Source of the DNA: Candidatus Hydrogenedentota bacterium
Lineage (GTDB): Bacteria; Hydrogenedentota; Hydrogenedentia; Hydrogenedentales; SLHB01
Assembly (NCBI GenBank): GCA_045863335.1
Contig: BTVY01000035.1
Span: 1 to 64,000, forward strand
Length of the DNA: 64,000 nucleotides
Reading direction: 5' to 3'
Made by a program: the position numbers and the translations under genes. The notes beneath the pieces were generated by a model. That model worked only from the letters and a program-made list of their open reading frames with translations, did not search any database and was not told the origin of the DNA. This document shows, piece by piece, positions 30,561 to 40,188 of this stretch (position 1 is its first letter; the number at the start of each line of letters is the position of its first letter).

Positions 30561-30943
30561 CCGCAGGCTCTCAAGTCCGGGTACGGTTCGGCCCGGCTGG
30601 TGTGCTTGAGTCTGTTTCGGAGCAACGAATCTGTCGCCGCGAACGACACACCAACATGGCCCATTCTCAGCACCCCAATATACAACATATTGTGTCTCTC
30701 GTAAAGCACAGCAAACCCGACAAGTAAATTATAGACAAGAATCAAATTATTCTCAACCAAACTCCAACAACCGTTTCCAAATAGGAAGTTAAGCCGGACC
30801 ACTTTTCACGATGCACGAAGGACTCGATTCGGGGTTTAGGCGGATATCTCCTCGAAAGGCGACCGAAAGGTGGCGGATGACTGACACAAGCGACGCAGGG
30901 CGAAACGTAAGCGATCAAGATGTTGGGGGCATGAAGGCTGCGA

Positions 30944-32047
30944 TCAGTGGCCGCGCAATGCTTCCCGATAGCCCTGAACCGCAGCGGCGGCCATGGATGC
31001 TCTCGTGAATCTGGCGGCCTGCGTGGGACCGGCGCGGTGGAGACGCTGTCTCAGAGGGTCATCCGTCAGCGCGGAAACGAGGGCGCGTTCCATATCGTCC
31101 AAGTCGAGCGGATCGCAGGAGATGGCGGCGCCTCCGCAGACCTCGGCGATGGCGGGGTCGTTCGAGACGACGCAGGGGACGCCCGAGGCGAGGGCTTCCA
31201 GCGCGGGCAATCCGAACCCCTCGTACAACGAGACATACGCAAATGCGTCCGCGGCGCGGATGAGCGTTGGCAAGTCCTCGGCATCCACGTAGCCGGTAAA
31301 CCTCAACCTGTCCCGCAACTGGAGTGATTCGATGGCTTCCAACATGCCGGAATGAAGCCAGGCGCGTTTTCCTGTGAGCACGAGGGCGTGGGGGAGTCCG
31401 TGGTCCCGCAATTGCGCGAAGGCAGTCGCGAGCCGGGCGAGATTCTTGCGTGGTTGAAGCGCGCCAACATAGAGAACGAACGCTTCGGGAAGATCGTACC
31501 TGGCCCGAATTCTCTGCATGTCCTCCGCGCTTGCTTCAGCGAAGAACCGGGGATCGACCGAGGGCGCAACCACGTCCATGCGCTCCTCGGCTACCTCATA
31601 GACATCGGCAATCTCACGCTTGATCGCATCGGTCAACACGAAAATCCGCGCCGCCCTCCGCAGCGTCCCGGGCGTCAGCAGTGCAAGCCGGCTACGCAGC
31701 AGCGGAGGGAAGAGTTCCGGAAAACGAACCCACCCGATATCGTGGACGCTTACCACCGTCGGGCACGGACACCAGGGCGGCGCCGCGTACTGCGTGTGAA
31801 GCAGGTCGAACCGGTGTTTACGCGCCAGCCAGGGCAGGACGATGGGCACGCGAATTGCCGAAGGCGTTTGCGGCAAAGGCTGAGCGGCAACGCGCCCGCC
31901 CGGACTCCACGTCTCGCTGGGATTGATTAGCCCCACCCACTCGATATCTTCGTTGGACTCGGCGAGAGCGGCGAGCAGTTCGCGCATGTAGGTCTCGTTC
32001 CCGCCGGCCCGCGAGCCGATGGCGTGGGCATCGATTCCGACCTTCAT
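30944..32047 (-). CDS. GT4 glycosyltransferase (MtfB/WbpY-like)
   Basis: VGALQPRKNL, SLYEGFGLPALEALASG. Confidence 0.92.
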   Translation of the reverse strand: MKVGIDAHAIGSRAGGNETYMRELLAALAESNEDIEWVGLINPSETWSPGGRVAAQPLPQTPSAIRVPIVLPWLARKHRFDLLHTQYAAPPWCPCPTVVSVHDIGWVRFPELFPPLLRSRLALLTPGTLRRAARIFVLTDAIKREIADVYEVAEERMDVVAPSVDPRFFAEASAEDMQRIRARYDLPEAFVLYVGALQPRKNLARLATAFAQLRDHGLPHALVLTGKRAWLHSGMLEAIESLQLRDRLRFTGYVDAEDLPTLIRAADAFAYVSLYEGFGLPALEALASGVPCVVSNDPAIAEVCGGAAISCDPLDLDDMERALVSALTDDPLRQRLHRAGPTQAARFTRASMAAAAVQGYREALRGH

Positions 32048-32089
32048 GGGTGAGATTCCGCAAGGCCCGGGATCAAATGCGGACCAAAC

Positions 32090-33247
32090 CTAGCGCTGCG
32101 CATACTCGGCCAGAGCCTCTTCGTAGGTGGCCGCGACCTGCGCGATCATGTCCTCGAGCGTGAAGTTTTCCGCGATCCACGTTCGCGCGGCTGCGCCCAT
32201 TTCGCGACGGCGGTCCGCATCTTCCAGCAATTCGAGTATCGCGTGCGCGATAGATTGCGGATCCCGTGGTTTGGTTAGTAGCCCAGTTTCCCCGGGCCGC
32301 AGTGTCTCGACGGAGCCGCCGATATCCGAAGCCACCACCGGCACCCCGGCGAGTTGCGCTTCGACGAGCGATGTGGGGAATCCTTCCTGCTCGACAGACG
32401 GTTGCACGAAGATATCGAAGGCGGGCAAGGCCTCGGCGATGGAATCGACGAATCCGGTGAAGATTACACGATCCTTGAGCCCAAGCCGTTCGCACTGCGC
32501 CTCGAGGTCAAGCCGGGCCGGTCCGTCGCCACAGATTGCGAGATAGGCGTTGGGACTGGTCCGGCATACTTCGGTCATGGCATCGAGGAGATAGCAGTGC
32601 CCCTTCTCCACGGATACACGGCTGATGGTTCCGAGGACCACTGCGTCGCCGGGAATGCCGAATCGCGAACGGAATCCGGTCCCGTCACCCCCCTGGAACA
32701 ACGCGGCAGAATCGATCCCGGTATGGATAACGCGTACGCGCGATTCCGTCGTAGGGCCTTTAAGAATGCGCCCCTTCATGTGTTGCGACACCGTGATCAC
32801 GCGCTCGAAATTGCGCAGGGCGAACTCCCGTTCGATCCACTGGTAAACGGTGCGGCGAATGGGAAAGGGTCCGTCCCACCAACCATAGGCGCTGGCGACG
32901 CAGGCGCAAGGCCACGCGCCGCGGCCGATGCCGATCATCGTGTTCGAGTGAGGGTCATGGGTGTGAATGAGATCGATGTCGTACTTGCGAACCAGATCGC
33001 TCACGGCCTGCCGCGCCCGGAACCAGTTCGACCGGGATTTCCAGGGAATGCGCTCCTTCGCGAGCGTGAGGCCGCGTTTAAGCACTTGCGAAATAAACAA
33101 TTCGTCGAGCCCCGAGAACGTATCGTAAGGCACGCAAATCACGTTGAACCGGTCCTTGGGCAGATGTTGCATGAGATGCAGCACGATCGTGTGGGAACCG
33201 CCAAAGGCCCAACTGCGGATCAGGAACAGGACGTTACGTTGGGTCAT
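32090..33247 (-). CDS. GT4 glycosyltransferase
   Basis: SRVSVEKGH, EGFPTSLVEAQLAG.PVVASDIGG. Confidence 0.92.
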   Translation of the reverse strand: MTQRNVLFLIRSWAFGGSHTIVLHLMQHLPKDRFNVICVPYDTFSGLDELFISQVLKRGLTLAKERIPWKSRSNWFRARQAVSDLVRKYDIDLIHTHDPHSNTMIGIGRGAWPCACVASAYGWWDGPFPIRRTVYQWIEREFALRNFERVITVSQHMKGRILKGPTTESRVRVIHTGIDSAALFQGGDGTGFRSRFGIPGDAVVLGTISRVSVEKGHCYLLDAMTEVCRTSPNAYLAICGDGPARLDLEAQCERLGLKDRVIFTGFVDSIAEALPAFDIFVQPSVEQEGFPTSLVEAQLAGVPVVASDIGGSVETLRPGETGLLTKPRDPQSIAHAILELLEDADRRREMGAAARTWIAENFTLEDMIAQVAATYEEALAEYAQR

Positions 33248-35370
33248 GGCTGAACTCCCAACGCGACGTCGACAGATACCGATTCCCGCTCCCGAATGTG
33301 CACCGACGATTCGTGCGCAACGCCATCGGCCCCGTCGATGCGAACGAGATAGTCACCACCGTATCCGGACAAGGTGACTTGGCCGTCGCCATTCGTCTCG
33401 CCGGTCGCGTGGTGACGCGTCCATTCGCTCAGCAGCGAAGAAAGCCGATCAAACGCGGGTTTCGGCGATCCGTCGGCGCGCAAGAGTCCCCCGGAGATGA
33501 CGGACGACTTGGTGTCCAGGATGTCCCACCAGGAAATCGATTGCACCGCCGGGTGCGCGAATGCGAGCGTGAAAATCATCTCGGCGTAGTCGGCCTGGGT
33601 GGTTTCGGTCCACGGCTCGCGCCAGTATCCCGAGGTCCAGGAGGATTCGTAGGTCGAGGGAAGCGAAAACTCGGTAACGTGGACCGTGCGCTCGAACGCG
33701 GCATACCGCTCGATCAGGTCGTAGAACCAGGACGGCGTGGTGGCCGGCCCCTGCAATCCGCCGAAGGACTCGTTGAAGTGAAAGCCGGGGTAATACTGAA
33801 GACCGATGATATCGACCTGCTTCGTGCCGCCCACGAAGGCGGCCTCTTCAAGAAACGTGGAGTACGTGACATTCCAGTCGTTCGCCGGAGTTCCATCGGA
33901 ATCGAACAGCGCGTATTTACGGCCGTAGTCGCCTTCGTGTGCGCCGTTCACGAGAGCAAGTCCGGCACCGGCGATCCGGCCGGAGGACTTGCCGAGCAAC
34001 TCGTGCACCATGGGACGCGGCAAGCCAACCACATTGGTGACATTCGGCTCGTTCATGGCTTCCCAAACCGCGATGTCGCCGCCGAGGGTTTCGATTAACG
34101 AAGACTCGTGCGCGAGCATGGCGCCGGTCAAATCAGCATGCGACAGGGAGCGCGCCCGGTCCGGCAGGATGCCGTAATTTTGCAGCCAGACAACGCCGTG
34201 AGCCTTCACCGCGTAACCAAGTTTCCCAAGCGCCGCGACGCCAAAGGTTTGTTCGATGGCGTCGCGCGGCGCGCCGTCGGTCCAGCCCCAACCGAGCAGC
34301 ACCGTGGCAAGATTGAAGCCCGCCTCGCGCGCTTTGGCGAAGGCCTTGGAGTTGTAAGGACTCCCCTCGAACACACCGAAAAGAAAATCGCTGCTCTGCT
34401 GTTCAATCGTTACCGCGGTGCCGGCCACCGGCTTGCCTTGCGCGTCCGTGACACGGATCGTAGCCTCACCCATCCGGACCGATGGGATGGACTCGCGCGC
34501 CGATTCGACAAGATACGTATCGCGAAAACGTAGGGCATCGGCGAGAATGGCGTCCGCGGCGGCTGCGCGTTCGGCGGCGGAACCGGCGGACTCCGCATCC
34601 TTGAGTTGTGAACGCAATTGCTCTGCGTCAGGGCTGCCCGACTCGGCCAACTGGTGAACCGCCGTGCGCGCCAGCTCGACGTTCAATTCAAGCACGCACG
34701 CGTCCCCCGCCTCTGCGATGGCAAATCCGGCGCCGCCGTTGTCCGCGCGGAGCAAGAAACGTCCGTAGTCGGAAACATCCCAGAAGAGCACCTGGGGCAC
34801 ATACCCAGATCCCGGTTTCACGACGAGCGCGGGGATGCCGAGGTCGCGAGGCTGGCCCTGGGCGCGGGCCTCCTCATCGAAGACGGGCCACGACACGGCG
34901 GGGAGGGCCTGGTCGTCCAATGTAGTGAGATACATGAACTGATCGCCGAAGGTACCCTGCGCGCGAAAATCCTTCCAGCGCATCAGCTCGCCCTTCCCAT
35001 TGTAGGCGTTGAGCACAATGCATCCCACGGAAGGAAGTTGGAGGTCAAGGTTTTTCTCGCCCGTGTACCGGATGAGGCGCGGCTGGACCGCATAGATTCC
35101 GAGTCCCTGGGCATTCTCCTGAGGGGGTGGTTGAAACACGAGATAGCCGTCACTGACAGGTTGCGCGAGTTCGATGGAGTACCTGCCGTTCGCGTCGGAC
35201 GAAGCCTGTCCGGCCACGTCAAAGGTACTCGTAAGGAGGGCGACGTATGCGAAGCGAATCGGCTCGCCCGTCCCTTCAACACGGAGCGTGCCGCCGACGC
35301 TCGGTGGAGGCTGAGCGGTTGCCAGTCCCCAGAGGGTGAGGACCGCCGCGACTGCGACACGTCGCGCCAT
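33244..35370 (-). CDS. secreted GH10-like (clan GH-A) glycoside hydrolase with N-terminal beta-sandwich
   Basis: KAHGVVW, WEAMNEP (acid/base), IGLQYY, VHVTEF (nucleophile), QADY, AHPAVQSISWW, PKPAF. Confidence 0.8.
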   Translation of the reverse strand: MARRVAVAAVLTLWGLATAQPPPSVGGTLRVEGTGEPIRFAYVALLTSTFDVAGQASSDANGRYSIELAQPVSDGYLVFQPPPQENAQGLGIYAVQPRLIRYTGEKNLDLQLPSVGCIVLNAYNGKGELMRWKDFRAQGTFGDQFMYLTTLDDQALPAVSWPVFDEEARAQGQPRDLGIPALVVKPGSGYVPQVLFWDVSDYGRFLLRADNGGAGFAIAEAGDACVLELNVELARTAVHQLAESGSPDAEQLRSQLKDAESAGSAAERAAAADAILADALRFRDTYLVESARESIPSVRMGEATIRVTDAQGKPVAGTAVTIEQQSSDFLFGVFEGSPYNSKAFAKAREAGFNLATVLLGWGWTDGAPRDAIEQTFGVAALGKLGYAVKAHGVVWLQNYGILPDRARSLSHADLTGAMLAHESSLIETLGGDIAVWEAMNEPNVTNVVGLPRPMVHELLGKSSGRIAGAGLALVNGAHEGDYGRKYALFDSDGTPANDWNVTYSTFLEEAAFVGGTKQVDIIGLQYYPGFHFNESFGGLQGPATTPSWFYDLIERYAAFERTVHVTEFSLPSTYESSWTSGYWREPWTETTQADYAEMIFTLAFAHPAVQSISWWDILDTKSSVISGGLLRADGSPKPAFDRLSSLLSEWTRHHATGETNGDGQVTLSGYGGDYLVRIDGADGVAHESSVHIRERESVSVDVALGVQP

Positions 35371-36899
35371 CACGGAGAAGGGGTTGCGGCAACGCCGTTG
35401 GTTCCGTTGACCCCGTTCTTACCAGTTGCCGCCATACGCGCCGCGCAGAAATAGGATGCAACGGCAACGGCGAATACCATCCACCAAACCTTCTGCTGCA
35501 GTGCATGGAGGAACACGGCGCAGAGGAGAAAGGCCAATACGCTGACGGACACGGCGCCCGCAAGTGTCGCCATCTGCCCTTCACCGAGGAGCCGGAACTT
35601 GCGTTCGGCACGAAGCGCATGCAAAAGCGCCATCAGGAAAAACAACAGCATAAGGATCAATCCCACGGTGCCGCTTTCCGAACCAAGTTGCAGGTACATA
35701 TTGTGCGGTCCGTAGTACAAGGGATTGAAGCCCAGTTCGTCGTTCATCCAACGCAACATGGCGGCGTACGGCGAATTCTCCTCATAGAAATGCAAACCAA
35801 ACCCGCCCAGCCCTACGCCCACAACCGGGAAGTCCTGCATGTACTCCCACGCATAGGCCTGCAAATCGACGCGGGCCGCAGTCGACTCGCTTTCGGAGTA
35901 GCTCGAGAAATCGAGGACGCGCTCCTTGTACGCGGTGGGCACGAAGAACCAGGCAACGACAAGCGCCGCGGCCAACGCGGATATCCGGTACGGATTGAGG
36001 CGAACAAGACTCCGCGCCACGAGGATGAGTGCGACCACGAATCCGACGACCAGGCTGACGCGGGTAAACGTCAACACCAGCGCGGCCAGTTCGACACCGA
36101 CGGCCGCCAGGACAAGCAGCTTCCCGCGCCGGCTTTTCATGGTGGTAGACCAGTAGACGTTGAGCGGCAGCAACAAGAGCAGCATGAACGCAAGCCAGTT
36201 GGAGTGTCCGGTACCGCCCGTGACGCGGACCGCCGCTCCGGTCACCGTGCCCTCCGGATCGATGAAGGCCATGTCCGCGCCGCCGGCGATGCTCTCGATA
36301 CCGGCGACGCCAGCGAGCTGAAATCGCGGAATAAAGTATTGCGCGATCGCGTATAGCGACATGGCAAAGGCGCAACTCAACACAACGACCACGAATCGAT
36401 GCAGCTTCTGCGGCGTATCCAGAAGATGGATCGCGAGGATGAAATAGATGACGACCGAAATCAGGCGATTCCACTCGGGCAGTTGAACCCGCCACGTCAA
36501 GGAGAAGGCGATGCCCACGAGCGCCCAGCCCGCGAACGCCAGCGGCAGAAATACCTCGCGCCCGAACCGGAACCGCTTCTCCGTGGTGAGAACGTTCAGA
36601 ACCCACGCCGCGATGGTGGCCGCGCCGCAGGCCTTGGCCGCGGTGCTGGGAACACCATAGGGAACGATTCCCAGTCCGCCCAGCATGCCGGAGAGGAGCA
36701 GCAACGCGGTAGTCAGATAAAGCCCGAGCACCGGCCTCTTCACGAAGAAAAAGACAAGGACGAGACCGATAACGGCGACGACGGCTTTCTCTTCCACAGC
36801 CAGGATGGCGATGGCCACGGCGAGTCCAAAAACGACGACAAGCGCGAGACTGATGGCGTTGATTCCGCCACGGGATGAACTGCTGGTAATCGCGGCCAT
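35370..36899 (-). CDS. O-antigen ligase/polymerase (Wzy_C) family membrane protein
   Basis: Multiple TMs, RVTG..GHSN, LTFTR, PVVGVGLGGF, PHNMYLQLGSE.G..G. Confidence 0.88.
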   Translation of the reverse strand: MAAITSSSSRGGINAISLALVVVFGLAVAIAILAVEEKAVVAVIGLVLVFFFVKRPVLGLYLTTALLLLSGMLGGLGIVPYGVPSTAAKACGAATIAAWVLNVLTTEKRFRFGREVFLPLAFAGWALVGIAFSLTWRVQLPEWNRLISVVIYFILAIHLLDTPQKLHRFVVVVLSCAFAMSLYAIAQYFIPRFQLAGVAGIESIAGGADMAFIDPEGTVTGAAVRVTGGTGHSNWLAFMLLLLLPLNVYWSTTMKSRRGKLLVLAAVGVELAALVLTFTRVSLVVGFVVALILVARSLVRLNPYRISALAAALVVAWFFVPTAYKERVLDFSSYSESESTAARVDLQAYAWEYMQDFPVVGVGLGGFGLHFYEENSPYAAMLRWMNDELGFNPLYYGPHNMYLQLGSESGTVGLILMLLFFLMALLHALRAERKFRLLGEGQMATLAGAVSVSVLAFLLCAVFLHALQQKVWWMVFAVAVASYFCAARMAATGKNGVNGTNGVAATPSP

Positions 36900-37017
36900 A
36901 GAACTTCCGCCTCCTGACCTTCACGCCTACTAGACTGAATCGAGTGCAATCGATCCCACATTATATATAGCGGATTCGCGGACAAAAGTCTATGGAAGCG
37001 AGGGCGCTGGTTAAATT

Positions 37018-37046
37018 CACACGGACGTTCACGGACACACACGGAC
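37018..37046. repeat. three CACGGAC units at a 10-bp period
   Basis: CACACGGACGTTCACGGACACACACGGAC. Confidence 0.55.
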
Positions 37047-37077
37047 GAAAAAGGTGGCCGAATCCCACCGTCTTTTG

Positions 37078-37150
37078 GTGGTGCAGGCTTCCGGCCTGCA
37101 TCCCCAAAGTAACGCGTCCAAGAACCGCGCAGGCTGGAAGCCCGCACCAC
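37078..37150. repeat. REP doublet (REPIN-like)
   Basis: GTGGTGCAGGCTTCCGGCCTGCA and the inverted copy GCAGGCTGGAAGCCCGCACCAC; GTGG foot plus internal palindrome. Confidence 0.75.
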
Positions 37151-37184
37151 AAGGCCAGTCCCATCTCACGTTCCAGGTACCATC

Positions 37185-38501
37185 TCAGTGATCGTGCTCA
37201 AAGCGATCCTGCCGAGTCGCGTAGAGTGCCACGGCGTATGTGATAACGCCAATGACCCCTTTCGTGGCCGCAACGGCCCACGCCATACCGAACAGTCCGT
37301 AGGTGTCGATGAAGACGAGACCGCCCAGAACGATCGCGATGAGCTTCAAACCTTCGAGGAGCGCAATGAGCGAAGTGCGGCCCATCCCATAGAGCGCGGC
37401 GCCTGCAGGCGCGCAACCGAGCGCGAAGGCGGATCCCAGCACGAGAACGGCGAAAAGACCGCCCGCGCGGATGTATTCGGGGCCGAAGGCGAGGACAGCG
37501 ATCCACCGGGAAACGAGGAGAAATGGAAGGAGCGCAACAAACATCAGAAGTGCCGGAACGCGAAATTGGTGGAGGAAGGCGCGCAACTCTTCCGAGCTTT
37601 TCAAGGTGCTCGCCTTGGGCAGGAGCACGTTAAACAGCGTAAGGATGACCAGGTCGCCGATAAGGGTCAGTTGAAGCGCGGCGCCATAGTCGCCGATGGA
37701 TTCCGAGGGGAGTTGAAATCCCGTAAGCAAGAAGATGTCCGCGCGTTGCGCCAGGCTGGTGAACGCGCAGGCAAGCAGGACCCACTTGGCGAAACCAGCG
37801 ATCTCACGCAGAACCGAGTGGCCGCTTTCGCCGCGCGCGAACAAGCCTTTGGGTACACCGCGCCAGGCGATGAGTGCCGCGACCGTCGGCGCGGCTACGT
37901 AGGCCCCCAGCACGGGCATCACGCGATGAACGCCAGCCCCGAGCAACGTCGCAACGAGAAACAATCGAACCAGGGAACAGACGAGTTCGACGGCAGCGTA
38001 GCGCGCGAATTGTTGGCGGGCCTGCAGGGAGGCTTGCGCGAAGGCCCAGAGCACGGTGGATGCCGCGCCGGCGAAGGCCAGAATAACGGCCGCCGGCCCC
38101 ACCTGGATCCCCGCTGCGGGATCGCTTAGGAGCCGGTCTAAAGGCCATGCCAACGCGCATCCAAGAACCAGTAGCGCCCCCGCCAGGATCAGTTTCAAGC
38201 GGAAGACTGTTCGGACGTAGTCGAAACTGCGGTTGGTCGAATCGCCTGAATGGCGCGCGGCAAATCGAACAAGCGTGGTATCCAGCGCGGGACCCACCAA
38301 CTCCGCCGCGACTTTCATGATCGACAGCAGGACGATGAGTTCGCCGTAGGCTCCCCGGCCCAGCATGCGGGCCGCAAGGATCACCGTCACGAATGTCGCA
38401 CCGGTAGAGAGGATTCGGGCGAAGAAAACGGAACCGAAGGCGCCCGCCCAGTCTTCGGCGGGCGGCGAGACAGGTCCGCCTCCCCCGCCTTCGGCGCTCA
38501 C
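37185..38501 (-). CDS. Wzx-type oligosaccharide flippase
   Basis: About 12 TM; AARMLG...YG, IGDYGAA, LLPKAS, FGPEY MOP-family motifs. Confidence 0.88.
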   Translation of the reverse strand: MSAEGGGGGPVSPPAEDWAGAFGSVFFARILSTGATFVTVILAARMLGRGAYGELIVLLSIMKVAAELVGPALDTTLVRFAARHSGDSTNRSFDYVRTVFRLKLILAGALLVLGCALAWPLDRLLSDPAAGIQVGPAAVILAFAGAASTVLWAFAQASLQARQQFARYAAVELVCSLVRLFLVATLLGAGVHRVMPVLGAYVAAPTVAALIAWRGVPKGLFARGESGHSVLREIAGFAKWVLLACAFTSLAQRADIFLLTGFQLPSESIGDYGAALQLTLIGDLVILTLFNVLLPKASTLKSSEELRAFLHQFRVPALLMFVALLPFLLVSRWIAVLAFGPEYIRAGGLFAVLVLGSAFALGCAPAGAALYGMGRTSLIALLEGLKLIAIVLGGLVFIDTYGLFGMAWAVAATKGVIGVITYAVALYATRQDRFEHDH

Positions 38502-39922
38502 GCCGCGCCCTTGGCTTGCAGGACGACCTGGAAGGTGCGGAAGAGGATGCGGATGTCTTCCATGAGGGACCAGTTGTCGATGTAGGCGAGATCAAGCTCC
38601 ACCCAATCGCTGAAGTCCACGTCGCTGCGGCCGCTCACTTGTTGAAGTCCGGTGATTCCCGGCCGCACGCTGAGCCGGCGCCTCTGGTCCCACGTGTACT
38701 TCTCCACTTCCGCGGGCACGGGCGGGCGCGGCCCGACCAGGCTCATGTCGCCGAGAAACACGTTGATGATCTGGGGCATCTCATCGATACTGAACTTGCG
38801 AATCCAACGTCCCACGCGGGTCATGCGAGGGTCGCGCCGAATTTTGAATACAGGGCCGTCGGCCTCGTTCATCGCGGCGAGTTTCGCTTTAAGTTCTTCG
38901 GCGTTGACCACCATGGACCGGAACTTGATGCATTTGAACCGGCGCTGGTTCAAGCCGACGCGATCTTGCAGGAAGAACACGGGGCCCTTGGAATCGAGTT
39001 TGATGATGAGGGCGATGAAGGGAAACAACCACCACGCAATGGTGATGAGGAAGACTCCAGAAACAATCATGTCGATGGCCCGTTTCAACGCAAGCTGCGC
39101 GAAGGCCTCGGGAATCGTGGACAAGGACAGCACCGGAATGTCTTCCAACTGGTGGATCTGACGTGTCGCCACCCGAAGCGGAATCAGATCGGCTATCATG
39201 CGGACGGATACGCCGACCCCTTCGCACAGATGCGCCACGCTCGTGATTTCCGAGTAGAACTTGCGCACGGGCAGGCAAATGTAGACTTCATCCACAACCT
39301 GCTTGAGGAGCACATTCTCGAGTTCCCGCACCGGTCCCAGATACGGGATGTTGTGTTTCTCCAGATGGGCCGCCCGCTCCGGTTCATCGTCCAGAAGCCC
39401 CGCGAGGTGATACCCGTACTGGGAGTGGTTCTCCATCACGTCAACCAAATGTTCGGCGCGCGGATTACCGCCGATGATGAGGATCTGGCGAAAGTTGTAT
39501 CCGCGGCGACGAATACTCCACAGGAAAAAGCGCAGGGATACGCGCACCACCAGAATGATGGACGCGGCGGATACGGCAAAGTAGATGAGAAATGCCCGGT
39601 CGACGCCCTGGCGGCTGATGAACATCATGAGCACCGTCGTCACAGCGAGCGACACGACCAGTGCCTTGACGATGCTGAGAATCTGGACGCCCAGTCCATC
39701 GCTGCGATGAGACGCGAACAGCCGCTGATCGCCGGCCGCGAGATACCACACGATGATGAATGCCAGGAAATACAGTCTATGCCCCGAGAACGCGTCCCAA
39801 AGTGATCGGGTCCCGTCGGCGGGTAACGTAAAATGGGAAGCGACGGTGCCCGCGGCAAGCACGCACAGGCCGTCAACGACGACCATCACGAAGGTCAAGT
39901 AACTAGCGTTTTTCTTCAGCAT
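38498..39922 (-). CDS. initiating undecaprenyl-phosphate sugar phosphotransferase (WcaJ/CpsE-like)
   Basis: KRAIDM, KFRSM, DPRMTRVGRWIRKFSIDEMPQ, MSLVGPRP, PGITGLQQVSGR, DLAYI. Confidence 0.95.
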   Translation of the reverse strand: MLKKNASYLTFVMVVVDGLCVLAAGTVASHFTLPADGTRSLWDAFSGHRLYFLAFIIVWYLAAGDQRLFASHRSDGLGVQILSIVKALVVSLAVTTVLMMFISRQGVDRAFLIYFAVSAASIILVVRVSLRFFLWSIRRRGYNFRQILIIGGNPRAEHLVDVMENHSQYGYHLAGLLDDEPERAAHLEKHNIPYLGPVRELENVLLKQVVDEVYICLPVRKFYSEITSVAHLCEGVGVSVRMIADLIPLRVATRQIHQLEDIPVLSLSTIPEAFAQLALKRAIDMIVSGVFLITIAWWLFPFIALIIKLDSKGPVFFLQDRVGLNQRRFKCIKFRSMVVNAEELKAKLAAMNEADGPVFKIRRDPRMTRVGRWIRKFSIDEMPQIINVFLGDMSLVGPRPPVPAEVEKYTWDQRRRLSVRPGITGLQQVSGRSDVDFSDWVELDLAYIDNWSLMEDIRILFRTFQVVLQAKGAA

Positions 39923-40188
39923 CCGTATAAACCACCCGCAGGGGACAAGCGCCCAGCGGTGCGGGTTGCAGTGTTAGGTCGGCAATCGGCGAGGCCCGCG
40001 TCTGCGGCACCGATGGCTGCGCGATTGGGGCGGAGAAACACGATTGAAACGTTCCGGCTTCCGGGCGACAGTATCCCGGCAATCCATCGAGCTTCCGGCG
40101 GCTTCGGCGGACCCATCCACCAGCCACGCTGGAGAGTATCCCATCCCGCGCAGTCAGTCAAGAAATCGGCGATCCGCACCGAGGTTTC

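Noticed and set aside
28761-30704. 647-aa plus-strand ORF, and similar long antisense ORFs at 22264-23655, 38516-39805, 40336-42534, 45503-47098 and 61442-62761
   Set aside because: All lie opposite well-supported genes and show no family motifs
39923-40188. ops/JUMPStart element upstream of the EPS operon
   Set aside because: No GGCGGTAG motif on the coding strand
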